Below are positions 17,683 through 28,585 of a DNA stretch of 64,000 nt, one piece after another. The stretch is from Perkinsela sp. CCAP 1560/9. Taxonomy: Eukaryota; Protista; Euglenozoa: Kinetoplastea. The notes beneath the pieces were generated by a model. That model saw only the letters and a program-made list of their open reading frames with translations. It was not told the origin of the DNA and made no database searches. The DNA lies in contig CBFFSA010000002.1 of the NCBI GenBank assembly GCA_965644495.1, positions 1,302,001 to 1,366,000 on the forward strand. The letters are read 5' to 3'. A program made the position numbers and the translations under genes. The first letter of the stretch is position 1. Each line of letters begins with the position of its first letter.

Positions 17683-20600
17683 TTAAATGAGTTCTCCCGA
17701 CGTTTTGTTGAAAACTTTCATATTTCCTAATGATTCACCAATCTGGATTTTTGTGAATAATGGAACTTTCAGATGCATTGTTTGTTCCATGCATACCGCA
17801 ATTTCTGTTGCCATTGTAATAACGAATGGAGACACGACTGATTCAGCCGGAAACGCGCTCGACGCGACATTTTCTTCCTTTAGAGCCGCTTCCCAGGGAT
17901 GCGAACTTTCATCTACTGCGCGTGCTTGGAGCTCCACCACACATTCGGATGCACCTTGTTCGGGTACTAAAAACACGAGTTCATCATGAATCTGACCTAC
18001 AACGCGTATGTCCCCCTTACATTTTCTTAAAATGAGCTCGTTTACTCTTACCATTGCTGCTTTCACAAGGTCGGCCGCGGAACCCTGAACTACTGTGTTG
18101 ATGGCTTGACGCTCTGCAGTGGTACGACGCGTGGGATCAGTTGCATTCATATCAGGGAGAAGCCGCCATCGATGAAAAAATGTCCGCACGTGTCCCTTTT
18201 CCTGGGCGTGCTTCACTATGCGAGTCATGTAATTTGCAACCCCACAAAACACGTCTCGGAAACGAGACAAAAACCGAGTGGCATCCTCAAGTTCCATGCC
18301 AGTTTGCTTCGAAAAGGCCTGTGGACCCATACCGTATATTATACCGTACGTAAGACGCTTGCCCACTTGACGCTCCTCCTGTGACACGGATTCTGGAGAC
18401 TTATGGTAAATCATAGCTGCTATAGCGCAGTGTACATCTCCTCCGGCATGTAAGACTCCCAAGAGCTTTTCATCGCAACTGAGATGTGCCAGTACGCGAA
18501 GTTCGATTTGCTCGTAGTCAATCGTTACATATAGATACCCCCCAGGAGCACGAAAAGCACGCCGTACCATTTCCATAGAATCCGAAACTCGAGGTAAATT
18601 TTGAATATTCGGCTCCGCGCAAGAAATCCTTCCCGTGTCAGTCGCTTCTTGCAGAAAGTGAGGATGTAAGTAGTGAACAGTACGATCATCATTTTCCTTG
18701 TGTGCCACCGTGCACGTTACGAGCCCATCTACATACGTTTGTATAAGCTTTGCCTTTTTCCGGTATTGAATAATTACCTGTGGGAGCTCGTGAAGCTGTG
18801 CAAGTTCTCGAAGATGTTCCTCATTTGTGGAAATTTTTCCTCCTTTCGTAACTGCAGCTCCTTCTGAAGGGAGCTTCAACTCATCAAAAAGAATGCGCCG
18901 TATCTCATCCGCACTTTGTAAGTTAAACGTTTTTCCTGCTAGAACATAGGCACGCTCTTGCAAATGTGTCATATCATGTCTGACTTCGGAGGTGTTGCGG
19001 TGTAGATCTTTCACATCCAACATCATACCATTGATATGCATTTCACAACACAAGAAAGCAATCTTTCGTTCTATTTCGTTGTGAGCGAATAAGAGCCCAT
19101 TTTCCCGAAGCTTCCCGGATAGTTGGCGGTGAATCTCCAAAGTCTTGACGAGCTGATCCCTAACGTCAGAAATATTTTCCTGCGAAAGCTTCTTTCGGCG
19201 CATGATTTTCTCTGTACTGCGCGCACTGGGTTCTCCTTCAGTCAAACATTGGATCGAATGAAGATCTAAACCGGCGTGTTCGGGTCTACAAAGCCATGCC
19301 ATAAGTCGAATGTCGTCCACGGTTCGAGGGAAAAAGGTTTCTACATTTTGCAGATTTTGTCGCAGAAAATTCACCACTGGTGAACCGCTCTGCGTCGAAT
19401 CTTCCTTCAATCGACGTCGCAAGTCTAGGAGTGGAAGATACACGGCACTGGCATGGTAACATACGACTTGGATATTCGGATGACTGCATACTTCCAAGAG
19501 AAAATGTAGTATGGAGGCCGCGAATGCTATTTGATCTGATGCAGGTGAAGTGATACAGTCACGTATGGGAAGAATGTAACATTTGTTCGAATAGGCCAAC
19601 AATACGGTTTGCAGACGGTCAAAGGCTTCCCACGGATCAAGACCGTCTCCTAGGATTCGATCTTTCTTACCGCCATTGTGGTAATTAGATCCGTTGGCAC
19701 TTAACGTGGCCAATGCTACAGTGCATGAAGTTGCTTCGTGTGCGGAATACGTTGAATCCTCTTTAAACTCTGTAAGGGGTTCGTTGCCAACTGTCATCTC
19801 TATAGTGGAAGGTGGTAAAATGATTCTTCTCAGTTCTTCGAACTCTGTCTTCGTGAGCTTGACGAGGTCATTGTGAAAGGTATCAGACACTTGGCCCAGT
19901 GATTTGTTGCTTGTACTGTTACCCGAAGTAAAATGCGAAACATCTGGGCCTGTATTCCCTGTGGGCGAACGTTCTTCGTAGGAATTAATGACGTTCAGTC
20001 CATTTTCCGTTTTGCGGTTTGTCGTGACGGACGGAGAAGAACTGGTAAGCTGACCTTTGAATTCATTTGTAATTCTTTGCGGCAATATGTTTACCGATGA
20101 ATCTGATTCACGTGCTTCTGTAGATTGAAGAGCCCGGGAAAAAGAATCAGAGGAATAGTTTTCTGGTTCGCTATCTACTGTTTTTGGGCTTCTAAAATTG
20201 GATAATACAGCATCCGATGATAGTGTATCAATGGGTGGTGTAGTATTCGTAGTTAAAATCAAAGAATCGGATCGCGTTAATTCTGAGACACGAGTCGCAA
20301 TTTCTCCAGCCAAAAACATCCTTGAGCCAGAATTAATATTTTGTGGCGCCGTTTCTCTTGTATTCGTGGGAGGCTGGGGTACCCCGCGGGCTCGCTTGAA
20401 AGAAGAAGTGTTGTTCCCTTCCCGAGGCGACGCTCTGTTTTTCTTGTCCATGATTGCATGCTTTTGTCGCAAGGCTTGGTTCCTGGCCGCGGTCGATGCG
20501 GCAATCGCCTCCTTGGTGTCTTCCACATGCTGTCGTAGTAAACTCTCTTCGGCTCGCTGCAAGCGATCAAGAATTGTTTCTTCTGTGTCTGTTTCCATTT

Positions 20601-20802
20601 TTAATGCGTCTTCGGTGGTTAGGTTTCGGACGGAGCTGAAATTATATTCACGTCTTGGCCCATGCATGGCAAGGTCCAAGGTACGCGCTTGGATAGGGTC
20701 TTGTCGCGTCAAATTCAATGCTTCTGTCACAGTTTGCGTTGCTATCAGTTCGAACACAGTTGGAATACCTGCATAGGGGTGAAAATGGCCTTCAGAATTC
20801 AT
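17683..20802 (-). CDS. Family-A DNA polymerase, Pol theta/PolN-like, polymerase domain without helicase
   Basis: TDTGRISCAEPNIQNLP, DYEQIELRVLAHLS (motif A), RQVGKRLTYGIIYG (motif B), QGSAADLVK, QIHDELVF (motif C); long low-complexity N-terminus. Confidence 0.9.
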   Translation of the reverse strand: MNSEGHFHPYAGIPTVFELIATQTVTEALNLTRQDPIQARTLDLAMHGPRREYNFSSVRNLTTEDALKMETDTEETILDRLQRAEESLLRQHVEDTKEAIAASTAARNQALRQKHAIMDKKNRASPREGNNTSSFKRARGVPQPPTNTRETAPQNINSGSRMFLAGEIATRVSELTRSDSLILTTNTTPPIDTLSSDAVLSNFRSPKTVDSEPENYSSDSFSRALQSTEARESDSSVNILPQRITNEFKGQLTSSSPSVTTNRKTENGLNVINSYEERSPTGNTGPDVSHFTSGNSTSNKSLGQVSDTFHNDLVKLTKTEFEELRRIILPPSTIEMTVGNEPLTEFKEDSTYSAHEATSCTVALATLSANGSNYHNGGKKDRILGDGLDPWEAFDRLQTVLLAYSNKCYILPIRDCITSPASDQIAFAASILHFLLEVCSHPNIQVVCYHASAVYLPLLDLRRRLKEDSTQSGSPVVNFLRQNLQNVETFFPRTVDDIRLMAWLCRPEHAGLDLHSIQCLTEGEPSARSTEKIMRRKKLSQENISDVRDQLVKTLEIHRQLSGKLRENGLLFAHNEIERKIAFLCCEMHINGMMLDVKDLHRNTSEVRHDMTHLQERAYVLAGKTFNLQSADEIRRILFDELKLPSEGAAVTKGGKISTNEEHLRELAQLHELPQVIIQYRKKAKLIQTYVDGLVTCTVAHKENDDRTVHYLHPHFLQEATDTGRISCAEPNIQNLPRVSDSMEMVRRAFRAPGGYLYVTIDYEQIELRVLAHLSCDEKLLGVLHAGGDVHCAIAAMIYHKSPESVSQEERQVGKRLTYGIIYGMGPQAFSKQTGMELEDATRFLSRFRDVFCGVANYMTRIVKHAQEKGHVRTFFHRWRLLPDMNATDPTRRTTAERQAINTVVQGSAADLVKAAMVRVNELILRKCKGDIRVVGQIHDELVFLVPEQGASECVVELQARAVDESSHPWEAALKEENVASSAFPAESVVSPFVITMATEIAVCMEQTMHLKVPLFTKIQIGESLGNMKVFNKTSGELI

Positions 20803-21096
20803 GAGCTACAGTTTAGCGAATAACAACTGAGAAATAAGGATAGTATTGCGGGTATTAATGTACTTTTTAACGGCTATCATTGTATTTTTTTAGAACCTAT
20901 ACAATAGGTTCCAGGGTATAACCCTATAGTATAGGGTTTTTCACTACACGTTTCGCTACAACTTGCCCGTAAGATAAAAGATAACTTTTACATGTAGCGT
21001 AACTTTGTCAAAGCACAGCCCAAAGAGATTGTCGCACAGTATATGTATTTGGTCTTGACGCTTTCTATGCCTACAGGAACTCCACAGTATCCCCAA

Positions 21097-21723
21097 CTAG
21101 TCTAAGAATACATTATCTGGTAATATACAACGGGGCTTCACACATGTCCCTTTCAAATGTACTGCCTTTAGACTTTGCGGTAGGTTTCTTAAATCCACAC
21201 TCCCCGCAAAGTCATTGCCACTCAGATCTATGTACTCGATGTGCTCGGGAAGCGAGTCGAAGTACACCGTTCCAAAAAATTCATTCTCTGCCAAATCCAA
21301 CGTCACCAAGGCGGGAGGCAACGCCTTCCACGCCACCTGGCCACTAAAATCATTTTCGCGCAAATTTAGATAGGCCAGACCGGTAGGTAGGTGCTCGAAC
21401 GGTACCTCCCCTGTGAGCTCATTAGGTTTGTCCTCGCGCGAGGCTAGGTTGATTTCCATCACTGTGAAAGGGAGCCAATCCCACTCCAGGGGTCCCGCAA
21501 GGCCAAGCCCAACCCAGTGCAGCACTGTCACCACCCCCGGGGCACTGCAGTAGACTCCCTTCCATGAGCACCCGGAAGTTTGCTCGGACCAGTCAGGGTG
21601 GGTGGTACTGAGCGAGGCGGTGAATTTCGCCAGGGCGTACTCGAAGGGGAGGGACGCCTTGCTGACACGTCCGCGGCGCACGGATGAGCCGGAGGCATCG
21701 GACTGGGAGAATCGTAGAAGCAT
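21097..21723 (-). CDS. Leucine-rich repeat protein
   Basis: CSWKGVYC cap followed by LPxxLxxLxLxxNxFxGxV repeats. Confidence 0.9.
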   Translation of the reverse strand: MLLRFSQSDASGSSVRRGRVSKASLPFEYALAKFTASLSTTHPDWSEQTSGCSWKGVYCSAPGVVTVLHWVGLGLAGPLEWDWLPFTVMEINLASREDKPNELTGEVPFEHLPTGLAYLNLRENDFSGQVAWKALPPALVTLDLAENEFFGTVYFDSLPEHIEYIDLSGNDFAGSVDLRNLPQSLKAVHLKGTCVKPRCILPDNVFLD

Positions 21724-22029
21724 GGGGGAAAAGGGGAAGGGGTGGGGCGGAGGGAACAGGTAAAATAATCTAGTAGTTCAAGAATATCGAGGTTGATATT
21801 GGTGAAAGTAAATCCTACTTCGATTCTAAAATGCTATACACAACAAAATCTTAAATAGAAATTTACACTTTAAGTCTTGAAGTTTACTAAATTTTATGCC
21901 AGTTGTAAATTATTGCTTTCGCCTTTTCATAGTAAATGAAATGAACTTTACGCTCCTTCTTTGAGTCACATCTTACCAATTTTATTCTTTTACCACAATA
22001 TCTTTCCTTCACTTCACCTTTCCCCCCAC

Positions 22030-22833
22030 TTAGGCGCGGACCAACGACCGGCTGGCCAAAAAGTCAGTGTACTCCTGGTACGGATCCTTCTGGTTCATCG
22101 TCTTCGGCCACAGATCCGGGGTTAGGAACCCGTACGTCTTCGTCAGTGCCTCGAACGTGGCCATGGCAAAGTTCCCCGTGGTCTTCGTCTTGCCCTCCGT
22201 CGAGGTGTACACATCCTGGATCCCCGCCAGCGTGAGAATCTTTTTCGAGACCGGTGGGGCGACGATTCCTGTCCCACGAGGGGCAGGAGTCAGCCGGACC
22301 CGCACGGAGCCACACTTCCCGGTCGCCTTGGTCGCAATCGTGTGCGGCTCCCCGAGCTTTGCTCCCCAGTACCCCCGGCGAACGGGGACCATGGCGAGTT
22401 TCGCATTGTTCGTTGCGGCACTAATCGCGATTCCTGTCTCCTTGGAGCACTTAGAGCCCAGCCCAACATGGCCGTTCTCATCTCCAACCACGACGTAGGC
22501 CTTGAAACGGTTACGCTGACCCGCACTGGTCGCTTTCTGCACGGGAAACATCGCAAGTAGCTCGTCTTTAAGGCTGGGAAAGAACCGATCCACAATCTCA
22601 GGCTCCTTGATAGGCAGCGAGTAGAGGTAGATCTCCTCAGGTTTTTGGATTTTGCCCTCCTGGACGAGTTTTCCGAGTTTCGTGGAGGGGTTCCAGCGCT
22701 CACCTCCGCCGCCACCTCCACGGCCACCTCGGGACATCCCCCCGCCCCGGCCTCCGGGAGCTCCACGACCGCCACGACCTCCGGGACCCCCACGGCCTCC
22801 TCTACCAGAGGATACCCCACCGCGATTCTCCAT
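22030..22833 (-). CDS. RPS2: 40S ribosomal protein S2 (uS5)
   Basis: RGG-rich N-terminus, [49 protein letters not shown]. Confidence 0.98.
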   Translation of the reverse strand: MENRGGVSSGRGGRGGPGGRGGRGAPGGRGGGMSRGGRGGGGGGERWNPSTKLGKLVQEGKIQKPEEIYLYSLPIKEPEIVDRFFPSLKDELLAMFPVQKATSAGQRNRFKAYVVVGDENGHVGLGSKCSKETGIAISAATNNAKLAMVPVRRGYWGAKLGEPHTIATKATGKCGSVRVRLTPAPRGTGIVAPPVSKKILTLAGIQDVYTSTEGKTKTTGNFAMATFEALTKTYGFLTPDLWPKTMNQKDPYQEYTDFLASRSLVRA

Positions 22834-23445
22834 GTTGGGTAGAATAGGTAGTGAGTGCGTAGAAATGCTAAGTCGTTTAAAAAGGTTGTGATAATAATAG
22901 AAAAGGTTTGTAATTTGTTTTTATAAGATTTGTGAAACGTAAAAATCGGACTTTGTTATATAACGTTTGCTCAAGGAGGGTAGGTAAATGTAGGGAAGTA
23001 AGAAGAGCTAGGAGTTTGTACAATGGATAGATTGATTGTGCCTAAAACAAAGAACAATGCTATTTTAGAATACATAAAAAGATATTTCACTAAACTATGC
23101 AGAAATTTATTAAGGGATTGCGGTGAATAACTCCTACTGAAACTATTCCAGTTAAGGAACCTACTGCTCTCTCATTTCTCAGTTAGAAATTATCAAGTCA
23201 TGTGACTCAGTGAGACCATAGCTAGGGGTCTCTATAGGACTAAATCTGACTAAAAGACAGAAATAATATGACGACAGACATCTTATAGATTAACCGAAAA
23301 TGGTTAATGTACCTAATTTTATGTACATTTCTATCTACGAAAAATGCATATCTCTACGAATATGCGCATGGCAAAACTGGACCTGAGTCCACATCAGTTG
23401 AAGTGCCGCGATTTCTACTCATTTTACTACAACATACTTTTCATT

Positions 23446-25089
23446 TCAAAGGCCCTTTTTTAAAAGAAAACAGATAGCGTGTTCAAACCGCACATAGAAG
23501 CTGTGCAGTGAGAATTGGGTTTTTGCTCTCATAGCGGCATGGTGCGTCATTACTCGTGTCCGGTGTGGGTCCTCCAGCAAGCCTGACACCGCAAAGGCAA
23601 ACGCTTCTGGATCGGGCGAGGTCAGAATCCCGCACTCACCTGATTGCCCAATCGACTCTTTCGGCCCTCCATTGTCGACGGCTACGACTGGCTTTCCCAC
23701 TGTCATCGCCTCTAACGGGGCAATGCCAAAGTGCTCACTGACAGGAGTGTACAAGAACACTGAACAGTGCTGAAGTAACTCGAGCTTTTGCGATTCAGAA
23801 ACCGAAGTAAGAAAATGTACTCGATCGGGGAGATCGAGAGTTGATGCCAATTGTATCAGTTCCGATAGACAATTGCGGTGGTGTCGTAGACGGACGTCAT
23901 AACCACCGGCGAGCACAAGGGACATATTTCCATAGGACTCCTTCATGCCGTGAAGATGCCGAAGTGTCTCAATCGCAAGAGAGAGATTCTTTTGCGGATC
24001 AAAGCGGTTAAGAGAGAGAAGAAAAGGCTTCTTGATCTCCTCGCCATTCGCATTTTTGAGATGTAAAGACGTTAGGCCGCTACCATACTCTTCACGTACG
24101 TTGGCGAAACATGAAAAGAAACTACGTGGACGAATACGAGAAACGGCACATGACTTTTGTGATTGGAGACGCTCGGGTATTATGGGTGGGTAGACTATGT
24201 CGGAGGCGTGTGATGGTGCGAATATTTTGGTGTCAGATTCTTTAATGTAGTTATCCAGTACTTTGTTTTGCTTTTCAAGTTTGTAACGCAGAGAGGGGAA
24301 AGTCTTCAAAGTAGCATGTCTCGTGAAATCACTGTTGAAGAGTATTAAATCTGCCCACCAAAGACTATATTCTTCTATTTTGTCGAACAGGAGACGATAT
24401 GGACACTTCAGGCACTTAAAAAGGAGGCCACGATTGGTGACACCAGTAGAACCCATAGAGCATTTAGAAGGATCACATAACTTGTCAGGGAAGTGACAAT
24501 AGAAAAGGATTGGAGTTCTAAACCTCGTCAGAATTTTCAAAAGAAGAATAGGCGTGCTGAGCTGATCAACGACGATGAGATCTGCGCGAGGAGAAAAAAG
24601 GCCAACATAAAGAGAGGCGTACATCAACCGTACTGTTGCGCAAAAAACGTGAGCAATACCAAATAAATTGCGAGGCAATAAAGACCCCACGACTCGAACT
24701 TCTACCTTATTGTTTGCGATTGCACTCTCCAAGGTTGAGTTATCACTGTCCTTTTCTAAAGGATCATCTTTTGGCTCTTTCAAAGAGAGCGATGCGTTGC
24801 TATCCTTCAGTGTAGTCTCCGGGAAACACCGGTCACGTGCGTAATGAGTAGTATAAATAACCACGTTGTGTTTACCGTAGCATTGCAATCCCAATGCGGC
24901 GTCTACAACTAAACGCTCTGCACCACCCAAGCCTAAATCAGGATGAAGAAACGTAACGGAGAGCGGAAACTTCTCTGTGGAATAAGTCTTGCATCTTCGC
25001 AGATGGCGAAGATACCAGTAGTATACCAGAGACACGAGGAACACAAGAAAGCCCAGTCCCCATTGCAGAGAGACATTGCAGAACACCAT
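23446..25089 (-). CDS. ALG2: Alpha-1,3/1,6-mannosyltransferase
   Basis: FLHPDLGLGGAERLVVDAA, FYCHFPD, SLNRF, AGGYD, LYTP..EHFGIAPLEAM; N-terminal TM. Confidence 0.95.
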   Translation of the reverse strand: MVFCNVSLQWGLGFLVFLVSLVYYWYLRHLRRCKTYSTEKFPLSVTFLHPDLGLGGAERLVVDAALGLQCYGKHNVVIYTTHYARDRCFPETTLKDSNASLSLKEPKDDPLEKDSDNSTLESAIANNKVEVRVVGSLLPRNLFGIAHVFCATVRLMYASLYVGLFSPRADLIVVDQLSTPILLLKILTRFRTPILFYCHFPDKLCDPSKCSMGSTGVTNRGLLFKCLKCPYRLLFDKIEEYSLWWADLILFNSDFTRHATLKTFPSLRYKLEKQNKVLDNYIKESDTKIFAPSHASDIVYPPIIPERLQSQKSCAVSRIRPRSFFSCFANVREEYGSGLTSLHLKNANGEEIKKPFLLSLNRFDPQKNLSLAIETLRHLHGMKESYGNMSLVLAGGYDVRLRHHRNCLSELIQLASTLDLPDRVHFLTSVSESQKLELLQHCSVFLYTPVSEHFGIAPLEAMTVGKPVVAVDNGGPKESIGQSGECGILTSPDPEAFAFAVSGLLEDPHRTRVMTHHAAMRAKTQFSLHSFYVRFEHAICFLLKKGL

Positions 25090-25301
25090 TTCGGAAAGGG
25101 AGCTAAATAAAAGTACTGCTTGATTACTAGAAGATTACTAAAACTTACTAAAATATTTGTACGAATACATACATATGGAAACTTTGTAGACTTTCAAAAG
25201 TAATTGAAAGTGTTCAATTATTAGATTAGAAATATTAATAGTCATCAATAAAAATCGCAATGGAAGAAGCCCAATTATGCAAGAAGTTATCCGTCACAAC
25301 G

Positions 25302-26465
25302 CTATGCTATTAAGTCGGGAATGCGGTGCTGCATACCGTGTGCTACACACTCTAGTACCCACTGAAGATTGCCAAGCTCCATCTCCTTTAGACGGAGGTA
25401 GCTGTAGAAACTGCCATAATGGAATTGTCTGGCGAAGCTACGGTGGTGTAGTGCCGCGAGTTGTACCCGGAGCTGTTGTTCCACCCGTGCTTGGAGACTG
25501 GTCGAGGACAAGGGGGAGAGCCCAAAATCGTTTTGGCTTTTGCCGTCCCTTGGCCTGCGAGAAAACTCGGCCAGGTCTGTATTCCCCAGCAATACGGCAT
25601 ACTCGGGAAATGGCTGCAACACGTTCCGAAGTTCCCCCTCCGTACGTACACTGGCAATGCTCTCATGCAACGGGAGCAAGTGCCCCAGACAAGGAAACAG
25701 CTTGCGACGTTCCTCCGCAGGAAGCGCACTAGGGTGTGCCATGGCAGAAAGTGTCAACAAGATCACATTCTGGTCGGCTTCGAAGAAGAGAATTTCTTCC
25801 ATCACCTCCGCTGTGGCGCCTCCTTGAGTCGCACAGTACGTCGCGAACTGCTCCGTCCAGCTACGCAACAGGGCGTAGTACAAATACTCAACAGAGCACT
25901 CGCGTAGGTCATGCACCGTGGTGTCGTGAAAGAACCGCCCGACGGGGGAATCACGGAGAACAATTTCAAACATCTCTTCCAGCGTCAGAGTTTCACTCTC
26001 AGTAAGTAGCGAGAGCCCCGGGAAGCGTCCCAAGGGGTGACACTGCTGCAGCAATTCCTGACGCGCAGTGGTAGTTTTCTCCGCGCCCCCGGTGTTGCGA
26101 CCGTGAAGAAGGACTTTTAAAAGGTTGCGGAGCATGTAGTGGGCCGAGACAAAGTCCAAAAAGGCCCGCAGTTCCGGGCATGCCTCCTCGTAGAGCGCGA
26201 GAAACTCATTGGTGAAGGCTTGCTCGAGTCCCTGATGAAGGATACGAGCGCTATTTTGGATCTCATCCTTCGCACCTGGCGGTGAGGATACTACGTCTTT
26301 AAATGCCGTTTGTGCACTGAGATACTGTTTGACATCGGAAACTGATTCGCACTGGGCTAGTGTGTGATAATCCGTGGATTTTAACAAGCTCGCGTATAGT
26401 CCGTGAAGATAAGCCTCTATCGCTCCACTTTGAATGTTGTGTGTAAGAAGACCCGGCGAACTCAT
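25302..26465 (-). CDS. V-type ATPase V0 subunit d
   Basis: IEAYLHG...LL...DYxxLxQCES, CHPLGxF, TAEVMEEILFFEAD, SFARQFHYG.FYSYL.LKE.E..NL.WV.ECV. Confidence 0.93.
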   Translation of the reverse strand: MSSPGLLTHNIQSGAIEAYLHGLYASLLKSTDYHTLAQCESVSDVKQYLSAQTAFKDVVSSPPGAKDEIQNSARILHQGLEQAFTNEFLALYEEACPELRAFLDFVSAHYMLRNLLKVLLHGRNTGGAEKTTTARQELLQQCHPLGRFPGLSLLTESETLTLEEMFEIVLRDSPVGRFFHDTTVHDLRECSVEYLYYALLRSWTEQFATYCATQGGATAEVMEEILFFEADQNVILLTLSAMAHPSALPAEERRKLFPCLGHLLPLHESIASVRTEGELRNVLQPFPEYAVLLGNTDLAEFSRRPRDGKSQNDFGLSPLSSTSLQARVEQQLRVQLAALHHRSFARQFHYGSFYSYLRLKEMELGNLQWVLECVAHGMQHRIPDLIA

Positions 26466-26861
26466 AAGTACCAGTAAAGTTTCTTAGCAAAATACATAAA
26501 ACAATTACCGTGGTTTTTTGACATGATTGGTTATGTACTGTATGAAACGTTGCATTATAAATTACATATACATGTATGAAGCATACGTATACTGTAGCAA
26601 TGCACTTTATTCAGAACTCAATGAAGTGACCCAAAGTGTAATCCCTGAGGCTACTATTCACCCCTTTACCAATATTCACGTCCCCGTAACGTTAAGGCCT
26701 GTACTATCTGCTCGTCCCCCTTCTGAATAATAAGTCCAGAATCGTTTAAATTAAATGATTTAATTTATGAACTATTAAATTGAACCATTAAATTACTGTG
26801 ACCCCCCCTTTATACTTCGCTGGTCAGACCCCCCCTTTATACTTCGTTTTCCGCGTGCCCG

Positions 26862-27044
26862 TTACACGGTTTAGTGCGGAAGTATATTGTGGACAGCTAC
26901 CGAACCATAGTTAATACGGATGAGTGGCGTGGGTATGAAGGACTGAGTGCGTTTCGTAATCATCGAACAGTCAATCACAGTAAAAGGTGAAAGAAGCGAT
27001 TTGTTACAGAAGACGGTGTGCACACCAACAATGCTGAATCATGA
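26862..27044 (+). pseudogene. Merlin/IS1016-type (IS1595 family) transposase catalytic fragment (not in the ORF track)
   Basis: LHGLVRKYIVDSYRTIVNTDEWRGYEGLSAFRNHRTVNHSKR*KKRFVTEDGVHTNNAES* carries the TDxWxGY, HxTVNHS and HTNxxES signatures, with stops. Confidence 0.88.
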
Positions 27045-27187
27045 AAGACTGCTGAATCATGAAAAACAATGCTAAATCAAGATGACACGTGAAACATGAT
27101 ACAACAATGCATGTCGTAAAGCGGAAGCGAGTATACAAGATGAAATCAATATATTTCGTAAAAATATTTTTTTCAAAAACTTATATA

Positions 27188-27282
27188 CTGTGCCCCCCAC
27201 TTATTTGTCACCCCTTTTTCGAAAAAAGGACAAATAAGTAGGGGGGGTGGAGCTATGACAATTAAGTGGGGGGGGGTTACAG
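27188..27282. mobile_element. Mini TIR element with CTGT ends and TGACAAWTAAGTGGGGGG motifs
   Basis: TA|CTGTGCCCCCCACTTATTTGTCA ... TGACAATTAAGTGGGGGGGGGTTACAG. Related ends at 26796, 28420-28470, 38135, 43247, 47745 and 48790. Confidence 0.7.
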
Positions 27283-27484
27283 TTCGTGCATACTTCAAAA
27301 ATATCTGCTTACGAATGTTCTTAGGTCAGCTTTAGTACCATCAGTAAGATAGCAGTGCCAGGGAAGACCACGAGGAGGTCCCGACCTTACTTCCCCGTTT
27401 TGGGTTGCGCCCAGAAGCAAGCCCACTTTAATTTTGCAATAGTCAAAACTTTGCGATAGAGAAAAAAGGTTATGGTAGTGGTAT

Positions 27485-27585
27485 CATACATGAAGCGAGT
27501 ACGGTACTCGTGTACTCACCCGAGTAAGTACAGCGTGTAATCACTCGGAGTACCGTACTCGCTGTACTCGCTTCCAGCAGGTATG
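27485..27585. mobile_element. Mini hAT-like element with CATAC...GTATG ends and CGAGTAC/GTACTCG repeats
   Basis: CATACATGAAGCGAGTAC ... GTACTCGCTTCCAGCAGGTATG; no TSD seen. Confidence 0.55.
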
Positions 27586-28585
27586 TACTCGCTATACAAG
27601 TGAGTTTGGAACAAGTGACGTTATGTTAAGAAATTTCTGGTCGAGCAATTTCTGGTCGAGGAGGATGTGGGATGTGATAAGGGATGAAATGCGGGGTGTA
27701 AATGCGTTTGCAGTACAATCTTGCCGACGCAATCTTGTTACTAATTACAGTAAAGTATTGTTGACTAATTTGACTCAGACGAGACGTAGTGCCTTCTTAT
27801 TCATTTCCGAAACGGTGTAACTAGAAACTAAATAGAAACTAAAGCATATGGTAAAAAACACTAAGCAAATTATTGTTTCCATATCATATGACATGCGATA
27901 AATTTAGTTTGGTAAATTTGAAATACCTAGCGAGGGTTTGCGAGTCACTAAGTAAAACCACAGAATACTTAGATACGACGATTTTCGAGAGTTGATGTAG
28001 TGATGGTTTCGTTTTTCATATTGACACAATTTGAGAGAGCGCCGACTCGTGGGGCAGGGGGGCGTATGGTCACCCAAGCATCAAGGCGACGAGGACGACA
28101 CGGCAGGGTTGAGGGGGGTTGTGGGGGAGAACCGTTGGGAGGATGAGGCATAGTTGAGGAGAGTTGTGGGGGAGAACCGTTGGGAGAATGTTGTTCTAAA
28201 ATTGTTGAAAAACGTATTCAGCTACTATGTTATGAGGTGAAAGAATTAGAGTAGTAAATACAAACGGATATTAAACTTTGATGGTTTGTACTTCTTCACC
28301 AGTCAAGTAAAACATTAGAGTATAACATGAGGAAGAAAGACTAGCCTGTCCTGCTCCATCAAAAAAAAAAATTCGGCGCCGCTTCGCGGCGCCCGATCCA
28401 CTAGGCTTCGCCAAAAAGGACGAATAAGTGGGGGGGATGGAGCTGTGACAAATAAGTGGGGGGGGCATTAAGTTGTCTGCACCCAAAAATTAATATCAGT
28501 GTGAAGAGTTGATGCTGATAGGAGTTGGGGTGTAACCCCAAATTCGGTAAACTGGTACCTTCGGGAAGTCTATTGACGATGAAAT

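Noticed and set aside
17683-20802. Polymerase-only Pol theta as a novelty
   Set aside because: Separate polymerase and helicase genes are already known in kinetoplastids.
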